From an uncultured Pseudomonadota bacterium (GTDB taxonomy: Bacteria > Pseudomonadota > Alphaproteobacteria > Rs-D84 > CACZYB01): a stretch of DNA of 64,000 nt. Below, in pieces: positions 1-8,699 of this stretch (positions within the stretch are counted from its first letter, which is position 1; every line of letters begins with the position of its first letter). The position numbers and the translations under genes are program-made. Location of the stretch: the NCBI GenBank assembly GCA_902785275.1, contig CACZYB010000001.1, positions 199,884 through 263,883 of the forward strand, given 5' to 3'. The notes under the pieces were generated by a model that saw only the letters and a list, made by a program, of their open reading frames with translations, made no database searches and had not been told where the DNA came from.

Positions 1-459
1 CCTTTGTTGCATGCCACCGGAAATTTGGCTTGGAAATCTTTCAATAAAATCCTTTAATCCAACATGATCCAACATTTCGGATGCACGTTTGTATTGAGCT
101 TCCAACCCATAGCCGGCATAAATAAGTGGAATTGCAACATTATCAAGCAAAGATCTTTTCATCAAAAGATTAAAACCCTGGAAAACGAAACCAATTTTTT
201 CACTTCTTACATTTGCAAGCTGGTCTTCGTTCATACCAGAAACAACTTCACCACCAATTTTATACACCCCAGATGTAGGAGTATCAAGACAACCAAGTGT
301 ATTCATCAAAGTTGATTTTCCACTACCACTTGGCCCCATAATAGCAACAAACTCCCCCTCCTCTATTGAAAAATTTACATCCTTTAAAACAGGGTAAGGG
401 TCCCCAACAGCCATAGGATAGCTTTTGTATAAATGCTCAACTTCTATCACTTTTGCCAT
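1..459 (-). CDS. ABC transporter ATP-binding domain (MacB/LolD-like), N-terminal part; gene runs off the left edge
   Basis: Own reverse-complement translation from the ATG at 459-457 gives MAKVIEVEHLYKSYP...IMGPSGSGKSTLMN (Walker A)...ISGGMQQR (ABC signature). It lies 18 nt downstream of the adaptor gene on the same strand. Confidence 0.85.
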   Translation of the reverse strand, partial: MAKVIEVEHLYKSYPMAVGDPYPVLKDVNFSIEEGEFVAIMGPSGSGKSTLMNTLGCLDTPTSGVYKIGGEVVSGMNEDQLANVRSEKIGFVFQGFNLLMKRSLLDNVAIPLIYAGYGLEAQYKRASEMLDHVGLKDFIERFPSQISGGMQQR

Positions 460-477
460 AGAATTTTTCCTATACTA

Positions 478-1689
478 TTACATCATTGGTCCACGTCTTT
501 TATTTCCCTTAAAGACTGACGATTTATTTGATTTTCTAGATCTAAGCTCACCTTCGTAAACAAAATCAGAAATTATATTATCCCCTTCATTCAAATCTGG
601 AGAAGAAACTTCGGTAATCACACCATTAGTAATACCTTTTGCAATCTTAATAGCTTTTATATCCTTATCACCTTTCTTAAATGTATAAACAAACACTTCA
701 TTAGGAAGCAAAGTTTTATTTTCAGGATAAATTATATAGCTTTGCAATGCTTCATCAGGTTTAAATTGTAATACATAGTTATCAATGGAAAGAACCTCAT
801 TCTTTCTTAATGTATCAACATCAACAAATGCAGTCATCCCCGGAAGAAGTTTTCCTTCCTTGTTATCAATTTTTATTATAACATTATAGATAACAACATT
901 CTGCTCTGTTGTTGGGTTAAGACGCACTTGATCCACAACACCATGAAATGTTTCAGTTGGAAAAGCATCAACAGTAAAATCTACATTCTGACCTTTTTTA
1001 ATATTTCCAATATCTGCTTCGGAAATACTTGCTTCTATTTGCATCTTTGTTAAATCTTCAGCAATAGTAAAAAGTGTTGGTGCAGAAAATGATGATGCAA
1101 TAGTTTGGCCTTCTTCAACAGCCTTTGAAATCACAACACCCGATACCGGAGATTTAATTTCTGCGTATTCAATATTACGTTTACTTCTTTCATTATTTGC
1201 CTTTGCCGCAACATAATCTGCTTCGGCACTTGCCAAATCAGTAACAGCCTGATCAAACTCAAACTTTGCAATATAACCTTCGTTATACAAAGACTCTGTT
1301 CTTTCTTTTTCAAGCTTTGCCAAATCATACTTTGCTTTTGATTGAGCCATCTTTGCCTCACTTGAATTTATATCTTCAATAAGCAAAGATTTATCAACCT
1401 GAGCTAAAAGTTGACCCACCTTTACATTATCATTGTAATCAACATAAATTTTATCAATGATACCGGAAACCTGTGCACCCACAGAAACAACATTCACAGG
1501 ATTTATTGTTCCTGTTGCACTTACGGATGAACGGATATCTTGCTTTGAAATTTTTGCAAATTCAAAAAGCTCTGGTTTAAGGGTTAGTGTTTTATTTCTT
1601 CCGAAAAAAAGTTTATAACAACAAAAAACTGATAATCCAACAACGGTATATATTGCAACTTTTTTCTTATTTATCTCTTTTAAAACCAT
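478..1689 (-). CDS. macA: HlyD/MacA-family periplasmic efflux adaptor
   Basis: 403-aa ORF with an N-terminal TM anchor, a long coiled-coil segment (AKYDLAKLEKERTESL...AEADYVAAKANNERSK) and a beta-barrel-type C-terminus. It sits between the TolC-like and ABC ATPase genes. Confidence 0.85.
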   Translation of the reverse strand: MVLKEINKKKVAIYTVVGLSVFCCYKLFFGRNKTLTLKPELFEFAKISKQDIRSSVSATGTINPVNVVSVGAQVSGIIDKIYVDYNDNVKVGQLLAQVDKSLLIEDINSSEAKMAQSKAKYDLAKLEKERTESLYNEGYIAKFEFDQAVTDLASAEADYVAAKANNERSKRNIEYAEIKSPVSGVVISKAVEEGQTIASSFSAPTLFTIAEDLTKMQIEASISEADIGNIKKGQNVDFTVDAFPTETFHGVVDQVRLNPTTEQNVVIYNVIIKIDNKEGKLLPGMTAFVDVDTLRKNEVLSIDNYVLQFKPDEALQSYIIYPENKTLLPNEVFVYTFKKGDKDIKAIKIAKGITNGVITEVSSPDLNEGDNIISDFVYEGELRSRKSNKSSVFKGNKRRGPMM

Positions 1690-1705
1690 CTAACCTCCTA
1701 TATTT

Positions 1706-3088
1706 TTACTTAAGTTCGCCAAGGTTTTGTAAATTAAGTTCTCCCGCAGACTTTAATAATGCAACCTTTGCTGTGTAAAGTCCATATTGTGCAGAAATAA
1801 GTTCCTGTCTTGCAGAAAGAAGCTTTGATTGTGCTTCCATAAGGCTTATAATATCGCCTTTTCCAGCCTTAAATGAACCAAGGGCAACACGTTCATTTTC
1901 AACTGCACTTTCGAAAAGTTTCTTTGCAATAGAAAGAGCTTTCACACTTGTCTTATATCCATTATATGCAGTAACAACACTAAGTTCAACATCTTGTTCA
2001 AGTTGTTTCAACTCTTCTTTATCTGCTGCATATTGATACTTTGCATTTCTCAAAGAATAAGTATTTTCAAACCCAGTAAATATAGGCATACTTACCTTTA
2101 CACCCATTGCCCAATAATCTCTATCTTTATCAAGATTATTTTTATCAGGATCAACATCAGTCCAAGTTCTTGAACCAAATGCAGAAATTGTTGGGAAATA
2201 TGTTGCACTTGCAGATCTTACATTTGCATAACTTGCCTTAACAGCCGAAGCCTTTGCCTGTAAATCAGGACGTTTCAATAAAGCAAGTCTTACAATTTCA
2301 TCAACAGATTTTGAAATAAGTTCATCTGTTGTATCAGCAAATGATTGTACAAGTTTTATTTCTTGAGAAGGAGGAAGTCCCAAATAACTTGCCAACTTTG
2401 CATTTGCAACTTTTACAACTTGCTCTTGCTTTGCAACTTGAAGTTGAGCTTGAGCATAAGCAGTTTCTGCCTGCAATGTAGCAGCCTTTGATGACATACC
2501 AAGTTCAAACTTTCTACTTGCAAGTTCGAATGATTTCAAACTAGCATCTTCATTTGCTTTAAGTGCAGCTAATTCTTCCACTGATGAAAGAGCATCATAA
2601 TACGCCACAATAGTGTTATATGCTACCTGTTGCAAAGTATTATTATATTGGAAGTTTGCAGAATTCATTGATTGATATGTTCTTTCAACGCTTGCTTCTC
2701 TTTTACCAAAATCATATAAAAGCCAGCTTAAAGAAAGACCACCTTCTGCACCCTTTGAAACAGTTTCATCACCATCAGGATTAGTCATATAATTCTTTGT
2801 ATCAGATTTTGTATAACTTGCACTTGCAGAAATTTGTGGAAGATATGAACCCAAAGTTCCCTTATATGCAGTTTCCCCAACTTTTGTAGAAAGCCATGCT
2901 TGACGAGTAGTAGGGTTGTTACACATAGAAAGTTCAATTACATCAGCCAAATTAAGGGCATCTTTTGTAACATCTTTTGATATATTACAAGAATTACTTA
3001 AAGTCACAGTTTTATTTTCTAAATTTTCACCAGCCATAGCATTAGTTGATAAAAGTAACGCCATAGCAAATATTGATACTTTTTTCAT
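1706..3088 (-). CDS. tolC: TolC-family outer-membrane efflux protein
   Basis: 460 aa with signal peptide MKKVSIFAMALLLSTNAMA and two internally repeated helical/coiled halves typical of outer-membrane factor proteins. It is first in the operon with the adaptor and ABC ATPase. Confidence 0.85.
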   Translation of the reverse strand: MKKVSIFAMALLLSTNAMAGENLENKTVTLSNSCNISKDVTKDALNLADVIELSMCNNPTTRQAWLSTKVGETAYKGTLGSYLPQISASASYTKSDTKNYMTNPDGDETVSKGAEGGLSLSWLLYDFGKREASVERTYQSMNSANFQYNNTLQQVAYNTIVAYYDALSSVEELAALKANEDASLKSFELASRKFELGMSSKAATLQAETAYAQAQLQVAKQEQVVKVANAKLASYLGLPPSQEIKLVQSFADTTDELISKSVDEIVRLALLKRPDLQAKASAVKASYANVRSASATYFPTISAFGSRTWTDVDPDKNNLDKDRDYWAMGVKVSMPIFTGFENTYSLRNAKYQYAADKEELKQLEQDVELSVVTAYNGYKTSVKALSIAKKLFESAVENERVALGSFKAGKGDIISLMEAQSKLLSARQELISAQYGLYTAKVALLKSAGELNLQNLGELK

Positions 3089-3220
3089 TAAAATACTCCT
3101 TTTATATATCTTCTAATTATATTTTAAAAACAATCTTGTGTCAAATTATTTAAAATCCCAAAACAAAGGTTTTACACTTTTTTGTCTTTTTTTTAACAAA
3201 AAGAAAAAGCTAATACAAAA

Positions 3221-3241
3221 CCCCCCTCATTTCTAAGGGGG
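3221..3241 (-). terminator. Rho-independent terminator after the large secreted protein gene
   Basis: The minus strand reads CCCCCTTAGAAATGAGGGGGG followed by TTTTGTATT, about 25 nt after the stop at 3266. Confidence 0.7.
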
Positions 3242-3265
3242 TAATTTTATGTTTTGCTAAAAGCT

Positions 3266-5734
3266 TTAGTACAATGCAATCTTTGGTATTATGGTATCAA
3301 TTTCAATCATACCAGAACTACCAGGAAGACCATAACCATTAGTATTTGTTGAAGGAGGATTTATACCACAGTTTTCACAAGTACCTGATAATGCACCTTC
3401 ACAATTCAAACCAAATTCTGATGCATTTGTTGGAAGACCATAACCAGATTTTGCATAAACAAACTTATCTGATAAATGTCTTGCATCTTCACAACCTGCC
3501 AATCCATCAACAACTTCAATTCCTGAAGTAGAGCCACCATAATAACATGCTCCATTAGAACCATTAACCGTTACAGTATTTCCCGAATATATACCCGAGA
3601 ATTTTGGATCTAAGTTACCAGTAATTGTAAATGTTGTTGGATTACCTTGACCTGTACAATTATCATAATAACGACCAGAAGTAGAACCACCAGCACCAAT
3701 ATTATAACTTAGCACTGCTGTACCTGATGATACACAGAAGTATACAGTTCCTTTTGAACCTTTCTTAGCAGTAGTACGCCAAGAACCACCAGTCGAACCA
3801 TAAACTTTCACACGGTAACAACCAACACCTAATTCTTCTTTACCTTCACCAACTTTTGTAATCTTTTTATTTATACCTTTTTCTGGGTAAAGATATTTTT
3901 CATTCTTGTTATCTTTCTTGCATTCTGATGCACCTTCATCAGACACAAAACCTTCAGGACAAGCCTTACATGATGTTGCTTTACCACCCTTAGAGTAAGT
4001 ATTAGCAGGGCATTCTTGACATTCTCCATCTACAAGGATTGAACCAGCATCACAACTTTTTGCTTTTGCCTTTCCTTTTACACATTTACCATCATCAAGA
4101 ACATAAGATGCCTTACATGTCAATGCTTCACCTGTTTCTGCATCACAAGTTTTAACACCAACAGTCAAGCAAGATTCACAAATATCCCCTTCCCCAGCAG
4201 AGAAAGTACCTTTCTTACATAACTTACAACCTTTTGTTGTTTCATCATACTCTGACCCAGCATCACAAGCAAGGTAAACCGCTGAATCTTCATCAAGCCA
4301 AGCTTGCTTCTTCAACTTTGAACTTGCAGTCCATTCTTTTTCATGAGCATTTTCTGGTAAAAGACAAGTTTTTTCACGAGTATAATAATATCTATCTTCA
4401 TCTTCTGAATAACCAAGAACTTTACCAATAGGACAGAATTCATTTTCTTCTTCTGTCTTTGCTTCAACTTTAGGTTCTTCTTTAACTTCCTCTTTTACTT
4501 CTTCCTTAACATCTTCCTTAACATCTTCCTTAGGTTCTTCTTCTCCTTTACATGAAGCTTCACCAGTAGAACCAGCAGGAGCCTTTGTTCCTTCTGGACA
4601 TGCAGTACATAATGCCAAATAATCACTTGTACCCTTTACTTTATCTGCAAAGTAATTTTCACGGCAAGAGAAAATTGATGCTTCAGAGAAACCCCATTCT
4701 TCTGCTTCTGATGCAGACATTTTCTTTACAGCAGATGCAGTAGGTGCGGTACATACTTCATTTGTGTTTGGATTTATATATCCATCTGCACCCTTCTGTA
4801 CAGGAACACCAATAGGACAAGTTTTAAATGCATCAAGACATTCGCCATTCTTTGCCATAAAACCATCATCACATTCAAAATATACAGCTGCACTTTCTTC
4901 TACCCATGCAAGCTTTTTCAATTTTGAACTAGAAGACCAAGCTTCTTCATGAGCATTTTTAGGAGCAGAACAAACCTTTCCACGTGCAGAATAATATTTA
5001 TTTTCTTCTGCAGAATATTCTATAACTTTACTAATAGGACAAGCAGGAAATTCTTCTTTCTTTTCTTCTACTTCCTCTTGTACTTCTTCTTTAACTTCCT
5101 CCTCTTTCTTTACTTCAGCTTTTGCACGTGAGCTTTTTCCACTTGCAGCAACGGCAGATGCTCTTTTAGAGTTAGAAGATGATTTTGTTGCAGCAGCTCT
5201 TTTTGAAGATCCAGAACGTTTTGAACTTCCTTTTGAACTGCTACTTGCAGTTTGTTTCTTTGAAGAACCTGAACGCTTTGAACTTCCCTTTGCACTAGAT
5301 TTTGCAGTTTGTTTTTTTGATGAACCAGAACGTTTTGAACTTCCTTTTGCACTAGATTTTGCAGTTTGCTTCTTTGATGAACCGGAACGTTTTGAACTTC
5401 CTTTTGCACTACTACTTGCGGTTTGCTTTTTAGATGAACCTGAACGTTTAGAGCCACTTTTCTTTGCATTTTGCTTTTTTGAAGAACCTGAACGCTTTGA
5501 GCTTCCCTTCTTTGATCCCTTTTTCTTTCCAGATTTTTTTGATTTTGCTTTTTTCGAAGTTGATGAAGTTTTCTCTGCTTCTTCTTCCCCTTCTACTTCA
5601 CTATCTTCAAAATCTTCCTCATAAGTTTCATCAGCTGAACTTTTTGCAACCACTACCTCTGAAACACAAAAAGATACAAAAAAACATAGAAAAATCGATA
5701 CGAAAATTCTAACAAACAATTTCTTTTTCGACAT
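3266..5734 (-). CDS. Large secreted mosaic protein: signal peptide, acidic tract, basic Ser/Lys tandem repeats, duplicated Cys modules, CxxCPxGT-type Cys repeats, Gly-rich C-terminal domain
   Basis: The ORF track gives 3266..5863. I place the start at the ATG at 5734, because MSKKKLFVRIFVSIFLCFFVSFCVSEVVVA is a signal peptide, AGGAAGAG lies upstream, and a consensus promoter falls inside the 5' extension of the track ORF. Confidence 0.8.
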   Translation of the reverse strand: MSKKKLFVRIFVSIFLCFFVSFCVSEVVVAKSSADETYEEDFEDSEVEGEEEAEKTSSTSKKAKSKKSGKKKGSKKGSSKRSGSSKKQNAKKSGSKRSGSSKKQTASSSAKGSSKRSGSSKKQTAKSSAKGSSKRSGSSKKQTAKSSAKGSSKRSGSSKKQTASSSSKGSSKRSGSSKRAAATKSSSNSKRASAVAASGKSSRAKAEVKKEEEVKEEVQEEVEEKKEEFPACPISKVIEYSAEENKYYSARGKVCSAPKNAHEEAWSSSSKLKKLAWVEESAAVYFECDDGFMAKNGECLDAFKTCPIGVPVQKGADGYINPNTNEVCTAPTASAVKKMSASEAEEWGFSEASIFSCRENYFADKVKGTSDYLALCTACPEGTKAPAGSTGEASCKGEEEPKEDVKEDVKEEVKEEVKEEPKVEAKTEEENEFCPIGKVLGYSEDEDRYYYTREKTCLLPENAHEKEWTASSKLKKQAWLDEDSAVYLACDAGSEYDETTKGCKLCKKGTFSAGEGDICESCLTVGVKTCDAETGEALTCKASYVLDDGKCVKGKAKAKSCDAGSILVDGECQECPANTYSKGGKATSCKACPEGFVSDEGASECKKDNKNEKYLYPEKGINKKITKVGEGKEELGVGCYRVKVYGSTGGSWRTTAKKGSKGTVYFCVSSGTAVLSYNIGAGGSTSGRYYDNCTGQGNPTTFTITGNLDPKFSGIYSGNTVTVNGSNGACYYGGSTSGIEVVDGLAGCEDARHLSDKFVYAKSGYGLPTNASEFGLNCEGALSGTCENCGINPPSTNTNGYGLPGSSGMIEIDTIIPKIALY
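5201..5503 (-). repeat. In-frame tandem repeat, about 57-bp period (about 5 units), encoding SGSSKKQTA(K/S)SSAKGSSKR
   Basis: The 19-aa unit repeats near-perfectly in the translation. Near-identical DNA units are visible, for example gaacgttttgaacttccttttgcactagattttgcagtttg. Confidence 0.85.
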
Positions 5735-5801
5735 AGCTCTTCCTTTTCCTATATGGTTTTTTAAATTCCTTTTCTCACGCGATTTTGTACAAATCAAGCA
5801 T

Positions 5802-5830
5802 ATTATAACAAAACCCCAAGTATTTTTCAA
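5802..5830 (-). promoter_or_regulatory. Near-consensus sigma70 promoter for the large secreted protein gene
   Basis: The minus strand reads TTGAAA (5830-5825), a 17-nt spacer, then TATAAT (5807-5802), about 65 nt upstream of the ATG at 5734. Confidence 0.6.
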
Positions 5831-6140
5831 CCCTTTTTTATTACAAACTTCAATTTTATACAAATAAACATAACATCTTGAATTTATCTATGTTTTTTAA
5901 GCAAAATTTTATTACAATAGACTTAATAAAAAAACTTCATTTTTCACTTACAAAACTAGGAATTTTCTTTTCATTATTCGTCAAAAATCACATCTTTTAA
6001 TGATATACAAAAACTTTAAACCACCCTTTTTTGTATATCACTTTCAATATATTCTTTTTTGTACCAAAAAGCAAGGATTTTCAATAAAATTGAAGATAAT
6101 TGCAATTTTTGTAAAATGCGAAAAATTAAAGGGTCGTTTT

Positions 6141-7064
6141 ATGTTTAAACTATTAAAAAATATCATCTGTACCTTTGTTTATTCAAAAGGTTTAAGAAAC
6201 GCCATTCGTGGCAACTATGTTAAACATTATTTTTCCGTAAAACATTCAGTAAAAAACTTTAAGGATTACAAGTATGATTTGGCTTTTGTTGCCATTGTAA
6301 AAAACGAAGGTGCATACTTACCTGAATGGATTGAATTTCATAAATTGGTTGGGGTAAAAAAGTTCTATATTTACGATAATGAATCAACAGATAATACAAA
6401 AGAAATCCTATCATCCTATATCCAGGATGGAACTGTAACATACGAATATATCAAAGGCCGCGGAATGCAAAAATTCGTATACAATGATGCCATAGATAAA
6501 TACAAAAATATCTGTAAATGGATGGGTTTTATCGATTTGGATGAATTCGTTACACCAATAAAATATAAAACTATTACCGAACTTTTTGATAAGGATTTCA
6601 AAAAATACTATGGTGTAGGAATAAACTGGCTTATCTATGGTGATAACAATCACAAAAAGAAAACAAAGGGTCTTGTTATCGAAAGGTTTACCAAACACGC
6701 CGAAAAAAATTTTGAAATGAATCGAAACATAAAATCTATTATAAACCCAAGATATTGCACATTAATGAGAAATCACCACGCATACTTTATTGGAAATGCA
6801 TCATGCGTAAACACTAATGGTAAAAAAATAAAAGGTTGGCGTACAAACCCTTGCTTTGATAAAATAAGGATTAATCACTATTGGTCAAAATCTTATGAAG
6901 AATATATTCAAAAGAAATTCAAAGGTGATGCATGGGATGGAACCAAAATTCGTGATATTGATGATACCTATAAACAGGCAAATCAAAATGTCGAAGAAGA
7001 CAGTATCATGGAAAAATATATTCCATTAATAAAAACCGAACTTAAAAAAAGAAATATTAAATAA
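6141..7064 (+). CDS. Glycosyltransferase family 92 (DUF23)-like protein
   Basis: The segment AFVAIVKNEGAYLPEWIEFHKLVGVKKFYIYDNESTDNT...IDLDEF...RINHYWSKS is the pattern I recognise from GT92/DUF23 proteins. The start was moved to the ATG at 6141 (MFKLLKNI...). Confidence 0.65.
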   Translation: MFKLLKNIICTFVYSKGLRNAIRGNYVKHYFSVKHSVKNFKDYKYDLAFVAIVKNEGAYLPEWIEFHKLVGVKKFYIYDNESTDNTKEILSSYIQDGTVTYEYIKGRGMQKFVYNDAIDKYKNICKWMGFIDLDEFVTPIKYKTITELFDKDFKKYYGVGINWLIYGDNNHKKKTKGLVIERFTKHAEKNFEMNRNIKSIINPRYCTLMRNHHAYFIGNASCVNTNGKKIKGWRTNPCFDKIRINHYWSKSYEEYIQKKFKGDAWDGTKIRDIDDTYKQANQNVEEDSIMEKYIPLIKTELKKRNIK

Positions 7065-7145
7065 AAAATTTCTATTCATACAGATTGTAAATTTCAAACA
7101 AATACTCCTTGCCTTTGTTTAGGAATTTTTATATAATTAAAAGTT

Positions 7146-7706
7146 ATGATTAAAGAGCAAAAAAAGTTTTTCAGAAAATGTGACCATCCAGGATGTGAAC
7201 TGGAAGGGGAATATCGTGCACCAAAAGATCGTAACCTTACTGATTACTATTGGTTCTGCCTTAAACACGTATCTGAATACAATAAATCATGGAACTTCTA
7301 CGAAGGTATGACTCAAGAAGAAATAGAACGTGAAAACAAACTTGATGAAACATGGCATAACCAAAGTTGGAAATTTGGTATAAATCTTGAAAACCTTGCC
7401 CGTGAAGGACGTCTTGACGATCCATTCGAAATATATAACACTTATATGCGACGTGTTGGCGGTGCAAGAAATAAGGGGCGTATTTATGGTAATTCTCAAA
7501 CATCTCTTACAACAAAGGAATGGGAGGCTTTAGGTATATTGGAACTTAAATTTCCGCTTACCGAAACTCAGCTTAAAACTCGTTATAAACAGTTGGTAAA
7601 GAAGTATCACCCTGACCTTAACGGCGGTTCAAAAAAAGCCGAAGAAATGTTTAAAAAGGTTGCCGAGTCATACAGAATTTTACTTAAAAAGATTCAAAAA
7701 AAATAA
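7146..7706 (+). CDS. J-domain protein with N-terminal Cys/His motif
   Basis: The C-terminus YKQLVKKYHPDLNGGSKKAEEMFKKVAESYRILL contains the J-domain HPD motif. The N-terminus has CDHPGC...FCLKH. Confidence 0.8.
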   Translation: MIKEQKKFFRKCDHPGCELEGEYRAPKDRNLTDYYWFCLKHVSEYNKSWNFYEGMTQEEIERENKLDETWHNQSWKFGINLENLAREGRLDDPFEIYNTYMRRVGGARNKGRIYGNSQTSLTTKEWEALGILELKFPLTETQLKTRYKQLVKKYHPDLNGGSKKAEEMFKKVAESYRILLKKIQKK

Positions 7707-7707
7707 C

Positions 7708-7727
7708 AAAAAAGCCGGCTTTTTTTA
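7708..7727 (+). terminator. Rho-independent terminator
   Basis: AAAAGCCGGCTTTTTTT lies directly after the stop at 7706. Confidence 0.7.
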
Positions 7728-7770
7728 TAAATTTTTGCCGACTTTTTCTTATTCCAAAAATCTATAAAAA

Positions 7771-8073
7771 CTATTTTTTAAATCTTTTATTGTTTATTTC
7801 AAGCTTACTTAAAACTGCACTATCCAAATCAACACCACACTTTTCAGCCAAAGCATAAAGATAGATTAAAACATCCGCCATTTCATGCTTAAGTGAACTT
7901 TTATCATCCTCTGGAATTGCAGGTTTATTATAAACATACTGTGCACGAACCGCAGTGGCAAGTTCACCCACTTCCGCAGCAAGCCCACAAATAAGAAGCA
8001 TATGATCCTCATCGGCAAAGCCCCATGATTTTCTTGATTGTATAACAACATCTTGAAGTTTTTTATCTGTCAT
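7771..8073 (-). CDS. MazG-like nucleotide pyrophosphohydrolase (small single-domain type)
   Basis: AAEVGELATAV...HEMADVLIYLYALAEKCGVDLDSAVLSKLEINNKRF matches the MazG-type EXXE/helix pattern. Confidence 0.7.
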   Translation of the reverse strand: MTDKKLQDVVIQSRKSWGFADEDHMLLICGLAAEVGELATAVRAQYVYNKPAIPEDDKSSLKHEMADVLIYLYALAEKCGVDLDSAVLSKLEINNKRFKK

Positions 8074-8117
8074 TTTGACCTCCTTTACTTCAGAAAAGAA
8101 AAGTAGTTTTAAAAAAA

Positions 8118-8699
8118 CTACCCTCCTTTTTCATTATGTTTCATATTTATATACGCAAGCTTCACACCACCCAACACAGAATTTTTATTACTACTAAAGC
8201 TATATAAAAACTTTTCAAAATCTTCCGTCGGATAGTAAAGTCTGTTTGCATACGCATCACTTATATTTATCGGATTTTCAATATTTGATGGATGCATATT
8301 TACAAAGTCACGAAAATAAGGTGAAGACATAGGATTTTTCCATGTTTCCAATAAAGACAAAACTTCTTTATTCAAAAACTTTTTTTCCTTCCTTTGCATA
8401 TCTTTTGTATCAATATATTCAAAAGTTTTATACTTTGGAACATCCATTACTTTAAATTTTTTTTCATTATAACCAGTAGAAGAAATAGACATTCCTACAC
8501 TATATAAAACATCTTCATTATTGGACTTTTCCAAAGAAAGTTCCAATCTATGAGCCATAGTTTTTTCATTTTCCAAAGTATAACAAGTTTTCTCAAACCT
8601 TATACTATCAACTTCGGTATCCGAAGAAAAATAACCAGTCATACGAATATCATTTATTGTTTCACTATGAACTTTTTTCATATTATTTTTCCTTTGCAA
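8118..8699 (-). CDS. Hypothetical protein
   Basis: 193-aa ORF directly after proS on the same strand, with no recognisable motif. The alternative start MKKVH at 8681 would abut the proS stop. Confidence 0.55.
   Translation of the reverse strand: MQRKNNMKKVHSETINDIRMTGYFSSDTEVDSIRFEKTCYTLENEKTMAHRLELSLEKSNNEDVLYSVGMSISSTGYNEKKFKVMDVPKYKTFEYIDTKDMQRKEKKFLNKEVLSLLETWKNPMSSPYFRDFVNMHPSNIENPINISDAYANRLYYPTEDFEKFLYSFSSNKNSVLGGVKLAYINMKHNEKGG

Noticed and set aside
64-315. Plus-strand 83-aa ORF at the left edge
   Set aside because: It is antisense to a clear ABC ATPase reading frame (Walker A and signature motifs on the minus strand), and its own translation is low-complexity.
3221-3241. A 14-nt identity (CCCCTTAGAAATGA) between this terminator (reverse strand) and 26689-26702 in the element
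   Set aside because: A single 14-mer match is expected by chance among all position pairs of a 64-kb AT-rich window. The flanks do not extend the match.
5110-5469. 119-aa minus-strand ORF and several plus-strand ORFs inside the repeat region of the large protein gene
   Set aside because: These are alternative frames of the 57-bp tandem repeats. Their periodic sequences are by-products of the repeat, and the main frame has the signal peptide, RBS and promoter.
5201-5503. Possible CRISPR-like periodic repeat
   Set aside because: The units are contiguous with no spacers. They are in-frame inside a coding sequence, and no cas genes are present in the window.
478-5734. The idea that the large protein is a type I secretion substrate of the adjacent TolC-MacA-MacB system
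   Set aside because: The protein has a classical N-terminal Sec signal peptide and no RTX-type GGxGxD nonapeptides. A terminator and a separate promoter divide the units.
5735-5863. N-terminal 43-aa extension of the large protein ORF in the track
   Set aside because: The extension contains a consensus promoter (5802-5830). The internal Met at 5734 has an RBS and begins a canonical signal peptide.
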